Assembly (NCBI GenBank): GCA_028724525.1
Contig: JAQYCV010000033.1
Coordinates: 36,290-100,289, forward strand
Direction of reading: 5' to 3'
DNA length: 64,000 bases
From: Clostridiales bacterium
Lineage (GTDB): Bacteria > Bacillota > Clostridia > Saccharofermentanales > DTU023
Part shown: piece after piece, positions 8,735 through 18,189 of the stretch
Position numbering within the stretch: position 1 is the stretch's first letter
Layout of the letters: each line of letters starts with the position of its first letter
The notes under the pieces: model-generated
Seen by the model: the letters and a program-made list of their open reading frames with translations, nothing else
Database searches by the model: none
What the model was told of the DNA's origin: nothing
Translations under genes and position numbers: made by a program

Positions 8735-9796
8735 CTAGATAAATACCTTCGCCAAATAAGGAGAAGTCAGGGCATGGAGGATGGCGTTGTAGTTAGGCAT
8801 AAATTCTAGGCTATCCCCTGGCCGGAGGGATTTATTGAGCCCCGTGACATCGTAAAAACTCTGATCCTGAGTTTGGCCCAAATAGCGGACCCCGCGAAGT
8901 TTGGGTTCTAGGTCGCGGGCATCCAGGTCTTGGTAACCCAAGGCCAGGTTGACTCTTTGAATGAGGCCGCGATCCACATAAGACAAGACCCGGCCAGAAC
9001 TGCAGTCTCCCCGTACTCCTTGGGGTAGAGAGGGGCGGCGCTGAGCCTCTATGACCTCAGCCTGCACACTAAAGATATTTTGATTTAAGCCAGCAAAGCT
9101 ACCGCCATGGGCCGACTCCCGGCCTGTGAGCAAGGCTTCACCCAGAACAAAATGCTGCACGGCCGGCGGAATCTGCCCGGTCTCTAGGAGATTAAGGCAG
9201 GAGGAGTTGAGAGCTGAAATATAGTCTAGACTGAGCACATAGCGTTGCTCAATATACTGAGTAAAAGCGGCTAGGTCTTCAAGCACAGAAACAGAGGGTA
9301 AGATACCGCCATAGCCATTAAAGTCTGCTTTAAAGCCGGCCAAACGGACCCCCCGCAGGTTGACCAGTTGGCTAATCATTTGGCTGGCGGCCTCCAGCTC
9401 GAGGCCAGAGGTCAGGTCCCCCACATCCAGCTGAACGATAACCCGGTGAATCTTTTGCCGGACCAAGGCTGCGTCCGAAAGTGCACAAATAACCGCCCAC
9501 TCCGTGTTGCAGGAGAGGTCGCAGAGGTCTACCACCGCAGCCGCTTGGGAGAGCATGGGCGACCGCAAGAGCATGCTATCCACAGCGTAAGGGGCCAAAA
9601 ATTCAAAGTCTTGCAGGTAGCTTGAAGCTAGGTGCCGCAGGCCATGCCCCGCAAGCACCTCCAAGAGAGGGACTTGGCTGGCAAAAGCACTGCAGTCAAA
9701 ATGACAAAATCTTTCTTGGCTTTGTAGGAGCTGGTCTAGGCGCAGGGCATTTTCCCGGAAAGCTTGTTGATCAATGAGGAGAGCGGGGTTGGACAT
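8735..9796 (-). CDS. Alanine-racemase-fold (COG3457/YhfX-like) predicted amino-acid racemase homologue
   Basis: About 353 aa, with the family assignment made from memory of YhfX-like proteins. The ATG at 9796 is preceded by AAAGGAGG, and the track's upstream ATG contains that RBS. See the finding on the apparently missing PLP lysine. Confidence 0.5.
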   Translation of the reverse strand: MSNPALLIDQQAFRENALRLDQLLQSQERFCHFDCSAFASQVPLLEVLAGHGLRHLASSYLQDFEFLAPYAVDSMLLRSPMLSQAAAVVDLCDLSCNTEWAVICALSDAALVRQKIHRVIVQLDVGDLTSGLELEAASQMISQLVNLRGVRLAGFKADFNGYGGILPSVSVLEDLAAFTQYIEQRYVLSLDYISALNSSCLNLLETGQIPPAVQHFVLGEALLTGRESAHGGSFAGLNQNIFSVQAEVIEAQRRPSLPQGVRGDCSSGRVLSYVDRGLIQRVNLALGYQDLDARDLEPKLRGVRYLGQTQDQSFYDVTGLNKSLRPGDSLEFMPNYNAILHALTSPYLAKVFI

Positions 9797-9946
9797 AAGG
9801 GCCTCCTTTAGGGGCAAGTCAGCTTGCCCATGGCATACACTAGCCTAAGTATAGCATCGACCTTGCCATCTCACTAACCCCCGATAGATGGGCAGGCAAC
9901 TTGAAGTTAAGGCCCAAATTTGATATCTTTTGAAGGGTTTAGAGAT

Positions 9947-10043
9947 GGGAGCAGATGGGTGCTGGTGTGCCCCGCGGTCTTCAAAACCGTTGCGAGGGGT
10001 TAGAAGCTTCTCCGGTGGGTTCGATTCCCACGTGTTCCCGCCA
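9947..10043 (+). tRNA. selC: tRNA-Sec (anticodon UCA)
   Basis: 97 nt. It has a 6-bp D-stem with a 4-nt loop (GGGTGC-TGGT-GTGCCC), anticodon loop CTTCAAA (UCA), a long variable arm, T-arm GTGGG-TTCGATT-CCCAC, a long acceptor stem and an encoded GCCA end. Confidence 0.85.
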
Positions 10044-10135
10044 TTTAATAATGAATTGCCATTATCCTGCCACATTCCTTGTTTATAATAATTTCGATTA
10101 ATATTTTACCGACTTGATTGTGATGTGAGGAAAAG

Positions 10136-11017
10136 ATGCAAGATAAAATTATTCGTGTGACAGGTGGCCAGGGCAGTTTCCGGGCTTTTATTACTAATAG
10201 CACCCAGACTGTGGAGGAGGCGCGCAGGATTCATCACACCTCCCCGGTGATGACGGCAGCCTTGGGCCGACTTCTGACGGCGGCTGCCATGATGGGGCTC
10301 AGTTTGGAAAATGAGTCTGGCAAACTGACTCTCCTGGTGCGGGGCGATGGTCCTGCGGGTTCTCTTCTAGCCACCACTACAGCCCTGGGCGAGGTAAAGG
10401 GCTATGTAACCCACCCCCAGGTAGAAGTCCCGAATAAGCGGCCTGGCAAGTTAGACGTTGGTCGGGCGATAGGGCCAGGCAGTCTGACCGTTATCCGCGA
10501 TCTTGGAGAAAAAGAGCCCTTCGCAGGCACTGTTGAGCTGGTAACGGGGGAAATTGCGGAAGACCTGGCCCACTATTATCTCCAGTCTGAGCAAACGCCC
10601 TCTGCCCTGGCCTTGGGTGTTCATGTCCATAAGGATTACAGTGTAGAAGTTGCGGGCGGCTTTATGATTCAAATGATGCCGAGCGCGGATGACCAAATTG
10701 CCGCTCAGCTTGAGCAAAGGATTTTAGACCTGGGCCCGATAACAGAGCTTCTCCGCCGGGGTGAAACGCCCGAGTCTCTGGCCGAGCTGCTCTTTGCTGA
10801 TCTAGACTATACCCTCTACGATAGCACTCCCCTAGCCTATGCCTGCCACTGCTCCAAGGACCGTCTGGCTTCAGTCCTAGTTTCTCTGGGGAAAGAAGAG
10901 CTAGAAAAGATGATTACAGAAGATCACGGCGCGGAGGTCCACTGCCACTTTTGTAATAAAAACTACAAATTTTCTGAGACTGATTTACAAAATTTACTGG
11001 TCAAATCCAGCGAATAG
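10136..11017 (+). CDS. hslO: Hsp33 redox-regulated chaperone
   Basis: 293 aa with the C-terminal zinc centre CHCSKDR...CHFCNKNY. Confidence 0.9.
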   Translation: MQDKIIRVTGGQGSFRAFITNSTQTVEEARRIHHTSPVMTAALGRLLTAAAMMGLSLENESGKLTLLVRGDGPAGSLLATTTALGEVKGYVTHPQVEVPNKRPGKLDVGRAIGPGSLTVIRDLGEKEPFAGTVELVTGEIAEDLAHYYLQSEQTPSALALGVHVHKDYSVEVAGGFMIQMMPSADDQIAAQLEQRILDLGPITELLRRGETPESLAELLFADLDYTLYDSTPLAYACHCSKDRLASVLVSLGKEELEKMITEDHGAEVHCHFCNKNYKFSETDLQNLLVKSSE

Positions 11018-11114
11018 GACATATCCCAGACAGGTTTCCCCCTAACTGTGCTATGATATTAATAGTTAAACTCAATACTTATACAGGAACTCAGTGATTG
11101 GAGGGATAGTCATC

Positions 11115-12128
11115 ATGAGGCTGGGAGTCCACGATTTGTTAACAGTTAACACAGAAGATACGAGTGCCAGCGTTTTTGATCGTACCAAGCGCATGGTGCA
11201 GGAGCTAGAGCAAGCGGGCTATCACAGATATTGGTTCGCTGAGCATCATGGAATCAAAGAGCATATTTCCTGTAGCCCGGAAGTTATGGCCGCCTATTTT
11301 GCGGGCACGAGCAGCAAGATCCGTGTAGGTGCTGGCGGTACCATGATTATGCACTACTCCCCTCTCAAGACAGCAGAACTCTTTAAGACTTTGTCCTGCT
11401 TAGCCCCTGGTCGGATTGACCTTGGTATGGGGCGGGCTCCCGGTTGCTCAGTCAATGAAATTCTGGCCCTTGCCCAAGGCCGTTTCTCTAGTCCTAAGGA
11501 CCTAGACCAATATTTTGCCGATAAAATTTTAGATATTTTAGCCTTCCTCCAGGATGAGGAACCCCAGACGGAACTCTACAAATACGCGGTTGCTGTCCCA
11601 AAAGAGATAGAGACTTTGCCCCAGACCTGGCTCTTAGGCTCTACCGGTCGGACAGCGCCTTTTGCTGCAGAACAAGGTCTTCCCTATAGTCATGCCCGTT
11701 TCTTCGGCATTGACGTAGACGAGAAGCCATTCTTGGAATACCGCAAAAACTTTAAGCCCTCGGCTTTCGCAGACCAGCCCAATCTCAGTTTTTCATATGA
11801 GATTGTCGTTGCAGACACGAGTGAGGAGGCAGATTATCTGGCCAAAACTTTTGAGGTCGCCGCAGTTCGCAATAAGGCAGAGGACATCAAGGCCATGCAG
11901 GATCCTGAGCTCCTCAAGGATGTCAAATTTACCCCGGACGAAGCCAACCATATCGAAGAACTCTATGCCAAGCGCTTCTTAATTAAGGGGTCCCGCCAAG
12001 AGGTCCAAGCGATCCTGGAAGAAGAGATCGAACGCTTTCAACTAGACGAACTCATGTTCTACATCCCCCTCTATCATGAAGCGGATCAAATCCGTTGCTA
12101 CAAGATGCTGGCAGAGATGTTTGCCTAG
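11115..12128 (+). CDS. LLM-class (luciferase-like) flavin-dependent oxidoreductase
   Basis: N-terminal ...GYHRYWFAEHH... is typical of the family. The ATG at 11115 is preceded by GGAGGGA. Confidence 0.7.
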   Translation: MRLGVHDLLTVNTEDTSASVFDRTKRMVQELEQAGYHRYWFAEHHGIKEHISCSPEVMAAYFAGTSSKIRVGAGGTMIMHYSPLKTAELFKTLSCLAPGRIDLGMGRAPGCSVNEILALAQGRFSSPKDLDQYFADKILDILAFLQDEEPQTELYKYAVAVPKEIETLPQTWLLGSTGRTAPFAAEQGLPYSHARFFGIDVDEKPFLEYRKNFKPSAFADQPNLSFSYEIVVADTSEEADYLAKTFEVAAVRNKAEDIKAMQDPELLKDVKFTPDEANHIEELYAKRFLIKGSRQEVQAILEEEIERFQLDELMFYIPLYHEADQIRCYKMLAEMFA

Positions 12129-12158
12129 AGGAATACCAGGCCACAAGTTGAGGACTAT

Positions 12159-12653
12159 ATGTCAGAACGTATCTTTGTGACAGGCTTAGGCGAAGACAGC
12201 CATCGCTTTAGCAAGCAGAAAAAGGCCCTGGTCCTAGGAGGCTATTCCTGTAGCGACCAAGGCGGCTTTGAGGCGAACAGCGATGGAGATGTCATTCTTC
12301 ACGCCCTTTGCAATGCCTTATCTTCCCTCACCGGCAAGCCGGTATTAGGTCCTCGGGCAGACGAACTCTGCCGGCAAGGCAAGACCAATTCTCGTATTTA
12401 TTTGGCCCTGGCCTTGGAGGATTTACATGCCGATAGGCGGGATTGGGAAATCCACCATATCGCCATCTCCCTAGAGGGAGCGAAACCTAAACTTCTCCCA
12501 CTCCAGGAGAAGATCCGCGACTCTATCGCGGGATTAATGGGTCTGCAAGCTGACCAGGTAGGCATCACTGCCACCACGGGTGAGGATCTGACCGCTTTTG
12601 GCCAAGGCCAGGGTATGCGGTGCACCCTTATTGTCTCCGCATCCTACTGCTAA
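12159..12653 (+). CDS. ispF: 2-C-methyl-D-erythritol 2,4-cyclodiphosphate synthase
   Basis: 164 aa with GLGEDSHRF and SDGDVILHALCNAL motifs. Confidence 0.9.
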   Translation: MSERIFVTGLGEDSHRFSKQKKALVLGGYSCSDQGGFEANSDGDVILHALCNALSSLTGKPVLGPRADELCRQGKTNSRIYLALALEDLHADRRDWEIHHIAISLEGAKPKLLPLQEKIRDSIAGLMGLQADQVGITATTGEDLTAFGQGQGMRCTLIVSASYC

Positions 12654-12678
12654 AAATAAGCCTTTCTAGGAGGCCTGT

Positions 12679-13812
12679 GTGTCCCTTAAAATAATAAAAG
12701 CCTTGGCCTTTATAGGCCTGTGTATCCTATTACTTGGTCTGGCTTACTGGGCTGGAGCTTTTTCGCCCTCTTCGCCCTCCAGCAGAGAAAACCAAACCCA
12801 GGGAAACGAGGATAAATTAATGAGACCATCACAAGAAGAAAATGTAAATATTGCTCAGTTTGGCCGTCCGGGCCAGGCAGAGATCTATTTAGCCGCTGGC
12901 TGCTTTTGGGGAACCGAAGCCTACTTTAAATTAGTACCGGGGGTCTTAGAGACTGAAGTGGGCTATGTTAATGGGGCCTCCGACCAGACCAGCTACCGGG
13001 AAGTGGCCCAAACCGGTCACGCCGAAACCCTAAAAATCACATATGATCCCCATAAGCTACATTTAGCGGAACTCTTGGAGCGTTACTACCGGATCATCGA
13101 TCCCTTCAGTGTCAATCGCCAGGGTAATGATGTGGGAACCCAATACCGGACAGGAATTTACTATAGCGATGAGGTAAGCGGGGCAATCGCCCAAAAATCT
13201 TTAGCCAACTTTGAAGACCTCCAGGGTAAGAAGACAGCCATCGAGCTGGAAAGATTAGAGAATTTTGTCCCTGCGGAGGATTACCATCAAGATTATCTGG
13301 ATAAAAATCCTGGCGGCTACTGCCATATCAACGTACAGGACGCCTTGGAGCCACTCTTCCCTGGCAAAGATCTGGCCAGTGATGAGGAGCTTAAAGAGAC
13401 CTTGGATCCGACCGCCTACAAGGTCGCTAGGCAGCATGGCACAGAAGCTCCTTTCACCAGTCCCCTAGACCAAGAGTTTGGCCCGGGCATCTATGTGGAT
13501 AAGGCGACTGGCCAGCCCCTTTTCTCTTCGGATGATAAGTTTGACGGGGGCTGCGGCTGGCCCAGCTTTACCATGCCTATCACCACAGACGTGATCAATT
13601 ACTATCAGGACACTTCCTATGGCATGAGTCGCACTGAGGTCAGGACTAAGAACACCAACCATCTTGGCCACGTTTTTGAGGATGGGCCAAGGGAGGCCGG
13701 GGCCTTACGCTACTGCATAAACGGGGCTATCCTGCGCTTTGTCCCCTTGAAAAATATGAAGGCTGAGGGCTACGGTGCCTTGATCCCCTTTGTGGCCAAA
13801 AACACCCGGTAG
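12679..13812 (+). CDS. msrAB: Membrane-anchored bifunctional methionine sulfoxide reductase MsrA-MsrB
   Basis: N-terminal TM anchor, MsrA GCFWGTEAYF, and MsrB CGWPSF / RYCINGA. GTG start 5 nt after AGGAGG. Confidence 0.85.
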   Translation: MSLKIIKALAFIGLCILLLGLAYWAGAFSPSSPSSRENQTQGNEDKLMRPSQEENVNIAQFGRPGQAEIYLAAGCFWGTEAYFKLVPGVLETEVGYVNGASDQTSYREVAQTGHAETLKITYDPHKLHLAELLERYYRIIDPFSVNRQGNDVGTQYRTGIYYSDEVSGAIAQKSLANFEDLQGKKTAIELERLENFVPAEDYHQDYLDKNPGGYCHINVQDALEPLFPGKDLASDEELKETLDPTAYKVARQHGTEAPFTSPLDQEFGPGIYVDKATGQPLFSSDDKFDGGCGWPSFTMPITTDVINYYQDTSYGMSRTEVRTKNTNHLGHVFEDGPREAGALRYCINGAILRFVPLKNMKAEGYGALIPFVAKNTR

Positions 13813-14399
13813 CCGGCCTTACGGGCCAGGTCAACCACCTGGTCGGGACCGCCAAAGAGACGTTCTAGCTCATCCTTGGTCGTTTTGGCCCCCTGTTTTT
13901 TCTGGACCACAATCATGAGCTTACCCCCTGGGTTGAGGGCCGCATGGGCTTCGGCAAAGAGCCGGTAAACCACGGTCTTGCCTGCCCGAATAGGCGGATT
14001 CAGGAAGATATAGTCAAACTTGAAAGGAACCTGGGAGAGGCCGTCTGACAGGTAAAACTGGGCATTTTGGCCCGGGCAGTTATTGTTAAAATTCTCCATG
14101 GCCTGGCGGAGGGCCCGCTCGTTGATATCGCAAAAGCTGAGCTGGGCCTGGGGGTAAAAGCTGGCCAGGATAGTCCCTACCGGCCCCCAGCCGCAGCCCA
14201 AGTCCAGGATCTGGCAGCCCGGCGGAAAATCGCCCAAGTCTAGGGCAGCCTCCAGCAATTGGCGAGAGCCAAAGTCTAGGCGGTTTCGGGAGAAGGTCCC
14301 TGCGTCACTAATAAAGCGAAAGACCTGGCCCTGGACTTCCTCTGTGAAAGCCCGGAGGCTGTGGGCAGCCTCCGGGTCTGGATCAAAATAGTGGGCCAT
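13770..14399 (-). CDS. Class I SAM-dependent methyltransferase (MTS / RsmC-like small domain)
   Basis: SAM motif LDLGCGWGPVG and an NPPIRAGK motif. Confidence 0.75.
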   Translation of the reverse strand: MAHYFDPDPEAAHSLRAFTEEVQGQVFRFISDAGTFSRNRLDFGSRQLLEAALDLGDFPPGCQILDLGCGWGPVGTILASFYPQAQLSFCDINERALRQAMENFNNNCPGQNAQFYLSDGLSQVPFKFDYIFLNPPIRAGKTVVYRLFAEAHAALNPGGKLMIVVQKKQGAKTTKDELERLFGGPDQVVDLARKAGYRVFLATKGIKAP

Positions 14400-14400
14400 C

Positions 14401-15009
14401 TTACTTGCTCTCTTTGCCCTCTACAGGGAATTTCGCTTTTTCTAAAGCCAGGACCACCCCCATGCCTAGAACATAAATGACTAGGGATTGGGAGAGGAAG
14501 ATAGAGGCGATAGATCCAATGATTTCCAGGGTAGTGGGCGTGTGCTCAAGGAGGAGATAGGGCAGGTAGGAACCTACAATGACGGCATTGAACAAGATGG
14601 GGGGAAAGAGCATGACAAAGCGCATAAAACGCTTTTTCCAGGTATTGGCCTCTATCTTGCTGTAGTCTGGCCGCCGCTCCGCCAGGATTATTCTCCGATA
14701 AGGCTTAGCCAGCCAATAGGTGGCCATGGCTGCAATGAGGGTAGCCAGACTACCGCCGAAGATATCAATAAGGCCCAAGTTATTGGGATTTAAGATATTC
14801 GACAAGAGGCAGCCCAGGAAGACACCCGGTATGGCCATAGAGCTAAAGGCAGGCATGACCGTTAAAACTTCAGCCAGGCGGAACTGCACCATGCCAAAGC
14901 TAAAGGAGGCAAAGGGCAGGCAAAGGACAACGTAGAGAGCGGCAACGATGCCGGCTATGGCTACGTTTAAGGGCTTGAGCTTAAATTTTGATGCTTTATT
15001 GTTTGACAT
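14401..15009 (-). CDS. queT: QueT family queuosine-precursor transporter (ECF S-component type)
   Basis: Polytopic, with the ...AALYVVL...FGMVQFRLAEVL... signature region of QueT proteins. Confidence 0.75.
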   Translation of the reverse strand: MSNNKASKFKLKPLNVAIAGIVAALYVVLCLPFASFSFGMVQFRLAEVLTVMPAFSSMAIPGVFLGCLLSNILNPNNLGLIDIFGGSLATLIAAMATYWLAKPYRRIILAERRPDYSKIEANTWKKRFMRFVMLFPPILFNAVIVGSYLPYLLLEHTPTTLEIIGSIASIFLSQSLVIYVLGMGVVLALEKAKFPVEGKESK

Positions 15010-18000
15010 TTTCTAAAATAATTTCCAATTCTTCTCCGTTGATATCCCAGGTCTGCTTCTGGTCACGCAGGTCAGCGGGAGCCTGGTCTAGGGGTAGGAT
15101 ATCTATACCTAGGACATCTGCTAAGAGGGCTTCCTTATGGTTTTCCACGATATGCCAGAGCTTGTCTGTACCGCCAAAGTAGAGCTTAATCCGGTCGGTC
15201 AAATCAAAGTCGGCATCCTTCCGCATGGTTTGAATCTTGGACACGATCTCGCGGAGGAAGCCTTCCTCAATCAGCTCAGGGCTCAGCGTGGTATCTAAGG
15301 CAACCGTTAGTCCGTAATCAGAAGCGGCGGCGTAGCCCTCTGCCTGCTGGTTTTCCACCAGGAGCTCTTCTTCGGTCAGAGTTTCAGGGCCTTCTGACAT
15401 ATGAATTTCAATGGCTCCCTTCTGTTTAAGCTCCTTGTAGGCTTTGACACCATCAAGTTCACTCAAAACTTCCTTAAGCTGGTTAAGGCGTTTGCCAAAG
15501 CGCTTACCCAGGAGCTTGAGCTGGGGTTTAAAGCGGTAGTCCTGGAGTTGGTCAGCGTCATCGGCTTTTTCCAGGCGTTTGACATTGAGCTCGTCTTCAA
15601 CCAATTTGGCAAAATCTTCTTTCAGATGGTCCCCGCCCACAATCAGCATGCGGGAGAGGGGTTGGCGGGTCTTGAGCTGAGATTGGGCCCGGGCAGTCCG
15701 GCCCAGGTTGACCAGCTTGAGGACAAGGTCCATCTGGTCTTCCACCTCTGGCTTAATGAGGCTTTCGTCCGCCTTGGGATAGGCGCAGAGGTGAACAGAT
15801 TCTGGAGCCGAGGGGTCTAGGCCTGCTACGAGGTTTTGGTAGATTAGCTCAGCCATGAAGGGGGTAAAGGGGGCGGACAGCTGAGCCAAGGTGACCAGGA
15901 CGGTGTAGAGGCATTGATAGGCATCTACCTTATCCTGGGGCATGCCAGCTACCCAATAGCGTTCCCGGTTGCGGCGGACATACCAATTGGAGAGGTCATC
16001 CACAAACTTTTCCAAGAGTTGGGTTGCCGTTAAGATATCAAACTTCTCCAAGCTCTGGGTGACCTGGACCACCAGGGTGTTGAGGCGGGAGAGAATCCAG
16101 CGGTCGATGACCTTGACCTTGTGGGGATCCCAGGGGTTGTCCTGGGGCTTGAACTGGTCAATTTCCGCATAGAGCACGTAGAAGGCATAGGTATTCCAGA
16201 GGGTGCCCATGAATTTACGCTTGTCTTCTTTGACCGCATCTAGAGAGAAGCGGGAGGGCAGCCAGGGCTGGCTATTGGAGTAGAAATACCAGCGGACCGC
16301 ATCCGCACCCTCGGAGTCAATGGCCTCCCAAGGATCCACCACATTGCCCTTGTGCTTGGACATTTTAATGCCGTCCTTGTCTTGGACGTGGCCCAGGACA
16401 ATACAGTTCTTGAAGGGCTCCTGCTCAAAGAGCAGGGTCGCTTCCGCCGTCAAGGAATAGAACCAGCCCCGGGTCTGGTCGACAGCCTCAGAAATGAAGT
16501 CAGCCGGGAAACGGTCCTTAAAGGTATCTTGATTCTTGAAGGGATAGTGCCACTGGGCATAGGGCATGGCCCCGGAGTCAAACCAGGCATCGGCCACCTC
16601 CGGGATCCGGGTCATAAGTTCGCCGCACTCTGGGCAGGTCAGGTGGACTGCGTCAATATAGGGGCGGTGGAGCTCAATTTCCTCCGGGCAGTCCGGTGAC
16701 ATGGCCTTGAGCTCCTCAATAGAGCCTACCACATGGTCGTGGCCATTGGGGCAGCGCCAGACCGGCAGAGGCATCCCCCAATAACGTTCGCGGGAAATGT
16801 TCCAGTCAATGACATTTTCCAGGAAATTGCCAAAGCGTTTTTCACCCAGGGTGGGGGGAATCCAGTTGACCTTTTGATTGTTAGCCACCAGCTCGTCCCG
16901 AACCTTGGTCATTTCAATAAACCAGGAGTTGCGAGCATAGTAGATGAGGGGGGTGTGGCAACGCCAGCAGAAGGGATAGGAGTGGTTATAGGCCTGGACC
17001 CGGATAAGCTTGCCCTGGTCCTTGAGCCAATCAATAATCTGCGGGTCTGCATCCTTGACAAAGAGTCCAGCAAAATCTGTAACCTCCGGGGGCATGGTCC
17101 CATCATCCCGCACAAACTGTACGAAGGGCAGGTCGCAGGCCTTGCCCAGGCGGTTATCGTCTTCACCAAAGGCTGGGGCGATATGGACAATACCCGTACC
17201 TTCGGTCGTTGTAACAAAGTCTGCCGTAGCAACATACCAGGCCTTCTTGCCAGACTTAGCCACAATATCCTCAGCATAGGAGAAGAGGGGCTCATAGGCT
17301 AAGCCTGCCAGGTCTTGGCCACTCAGTTCTTTCAGAACCCGGCCAGGATTTTCGCCAAAAACGGCTTCTTGCAGGTCTTTGGCCAGATAGTAGCGCCGGG
17401 TCTGGCCCTCTTCTTCCCGCTCCAAGAGGACATAGGTCACTTTAGGGTTTACAGCCAGGGCTAGGTTAGAAGGCAGGGTCCAGGGGGTAGTAGTCCAGGC
17501 CGCCAGGTAGGTATTGTCCTCACTCTTGACGGCAAAGCGGACATATATAGAGTTTTCTGTGACATCTTCATAGCCCTGGGCGACTTCATGACTGGCCAAG
17601 GCCGTGCCACAGCGGGGGCAGTAGGGCACAATGCGGTAACCCTCATAGAGGAGACCCTTTTCCCAGATCTTCTTCATGGCCCACCATTCAGACTCAATAT
17701 ATTCTTGGTCATAGGTGACATAGGGATGGTCCATATCCGCCCAGAAGCCGACCCGCTTGGACATCTCTTCCCATTCAGACTTATATTTCCAGACAGATTC
17801 CTTGCACTTCTCAACAAATTCTTCAATGCCATAGGCTTCAATCTGTTCCTTGCCTGAAATGCCCAGCATTTTTTCCACTTCAATCTCGACGGGCAGGCCA
17901 TGCGTGTCCCAGCCCGCCTTGCGCAGGACATTGTGGCCCTGCATGGATTTGAAACGTGGAATCAAGTCTTTGATGGCCCGGGTTAAAACGTGGCCAATAT

Positions 18001-18163
18001 GGGGTTTGCCATTGGCCGTAGGGGGGCCGTCATAAAAGGTATATTTGTCTGCGTCCTGGTGGAGCTTGACCTGCTTTTTAAAAATCTGCTGATCCTCCCA
18101 AAATTTGAGGATCTCTTCTTCCCTCTTTACAAAGTCTAGGGAGTTATCAACTTTACGGTACAT
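14996..18163 (-). CDS. ileS: Isoleucine--tRNA ligase, long (type-2-like) form
   Basis: 1055 aa with HIGH motif GKPHIGH and KMSKS motif KMSKHKGN. RBS GGAGG lies before the ATG, and a T-box leader lies upstream. Confidence 0.95.
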   Translation of the reverse strand: MYRKVDNSLDFVKREEEILKFWEDQQIFKKQVKLHQDADKYTFYDGPPTANGKPHIGHVLTRAIKDLIPRFKSMQGHNVLRKAGWDTHGLPVEIEVEKMLGISGKEQIEAYGIEEFVEKCKESVWKYKSEWEEMSKRVGFWADMDHPYVTYDQEYIESEWWAMKKIWEKGLLYEGYRIVPYCPRCGTALASHEVAQGYEDVTENSIYVRFAVKSEDNTYLAAWTTTPWTLPSNLALAVNPKVTYVLLEREEEGQTRRYYLAKDLQEAVFGENPGRVLKELSGQDLAGLAYEPLFSYAEDIVAKSGKKAWYVATADFVTTTEGTGIVHIAPAFGEDDNRLGKACDLPFVQFVRDDGTMPPEVTDFAGLFVKDADPQIIDWLKDQGKLIRVQAYNHSYPFCWRCHTPLIYYARNSWFIEMTKVRDELVANNQKVNWIPPTLGEKRFGNFLENVIDWNISRERYWGMPLPVWRCPNGHDHVVGSIEELKAMSPDCPEEIELHRPYIDAVHLTCPECGELMTRIPEVADAWFDSGAMPYAQWHYPFKNQDTFKDRFPADFISEAVDQTRGWFYSLTAEATLLFEQEPFKNCIVLGHVQDKDGIKMSKHKGNVVDPWEAIDSEGADAVRWYFYSNSQPWLPSRFSLDAVKEDKRKFMGTLWNTYAFYVLYAEIDQFKPQDNPWDPHKVKVIDRWILSRLNTLVVQVTQSLEKFDILTATQLLEKFVDDLSNWYVRRNRERYWVAGMPQDKVDAYQCLYTVLVTLAQLSAPFTPFMAELIYQNLVAGLDPSAPESVHLCAYPKADESLIKPEVEDQMDLVLKLVNLGRTARAQSQLKTRQPLSRMLIVGGDHLKEDFAKLVEDELNVKRLEKADDADQLQDYRFKPQLKLLGKRFGKRLNQLKEVLSELDGVKAYKELKQKGAIEIHMSEGPETLTEEELLVENQQAEGYAAASDYGLTVALDTTLSPELIEEGFLREIVSKIQTMRKDADFDLTDRIKLYFGGTDKLWHIVENHKEALLADVLGIDILPLDQAPADLRDQKQTWDINGEELEIILENVKQ

Positions 18164-18189
18164 ATTGCCTCCTGCCTGCCTAGTCTCCT

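Noticed and set aside
9845-10075. 76-aa minus-strand ORF
   Set aside because: It overlaps the tRNA-Sec gene on the opposite strand and has no RBS. The tRNA structure explains the sequence.
12679-13812. Checked MsrA/MsrB, and the other ORFs in the window, for in-frame TGA (Sec) given the nearby selC
   Set aside because: The catalytic positions are Cys (GCFWG, RYCINGA) and the ORF is uninterrupted. I saw no pair of adjacent same-frame ORFs split by TGA anywhere in the window.
13770-13812. 43-bp convergent overlap of the msrAB and methyltransferase 3' ends
   Set aside because: It is probably genuine but unremarkable. It may alternatively reflect a slightly long C-terminal call. No distinct element is visible in the overlap.
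15401-18035. Numerous 60-190-aa ORFs on the plus strand and in alternative minus frames inside ileS
   Set aside because: They lie entirely within a 1055-aa gene with unmistakable IleRS motifs. They have no RBS or recognisable motifs, and long spurious frames are expected in G+C-rich coding DNA.
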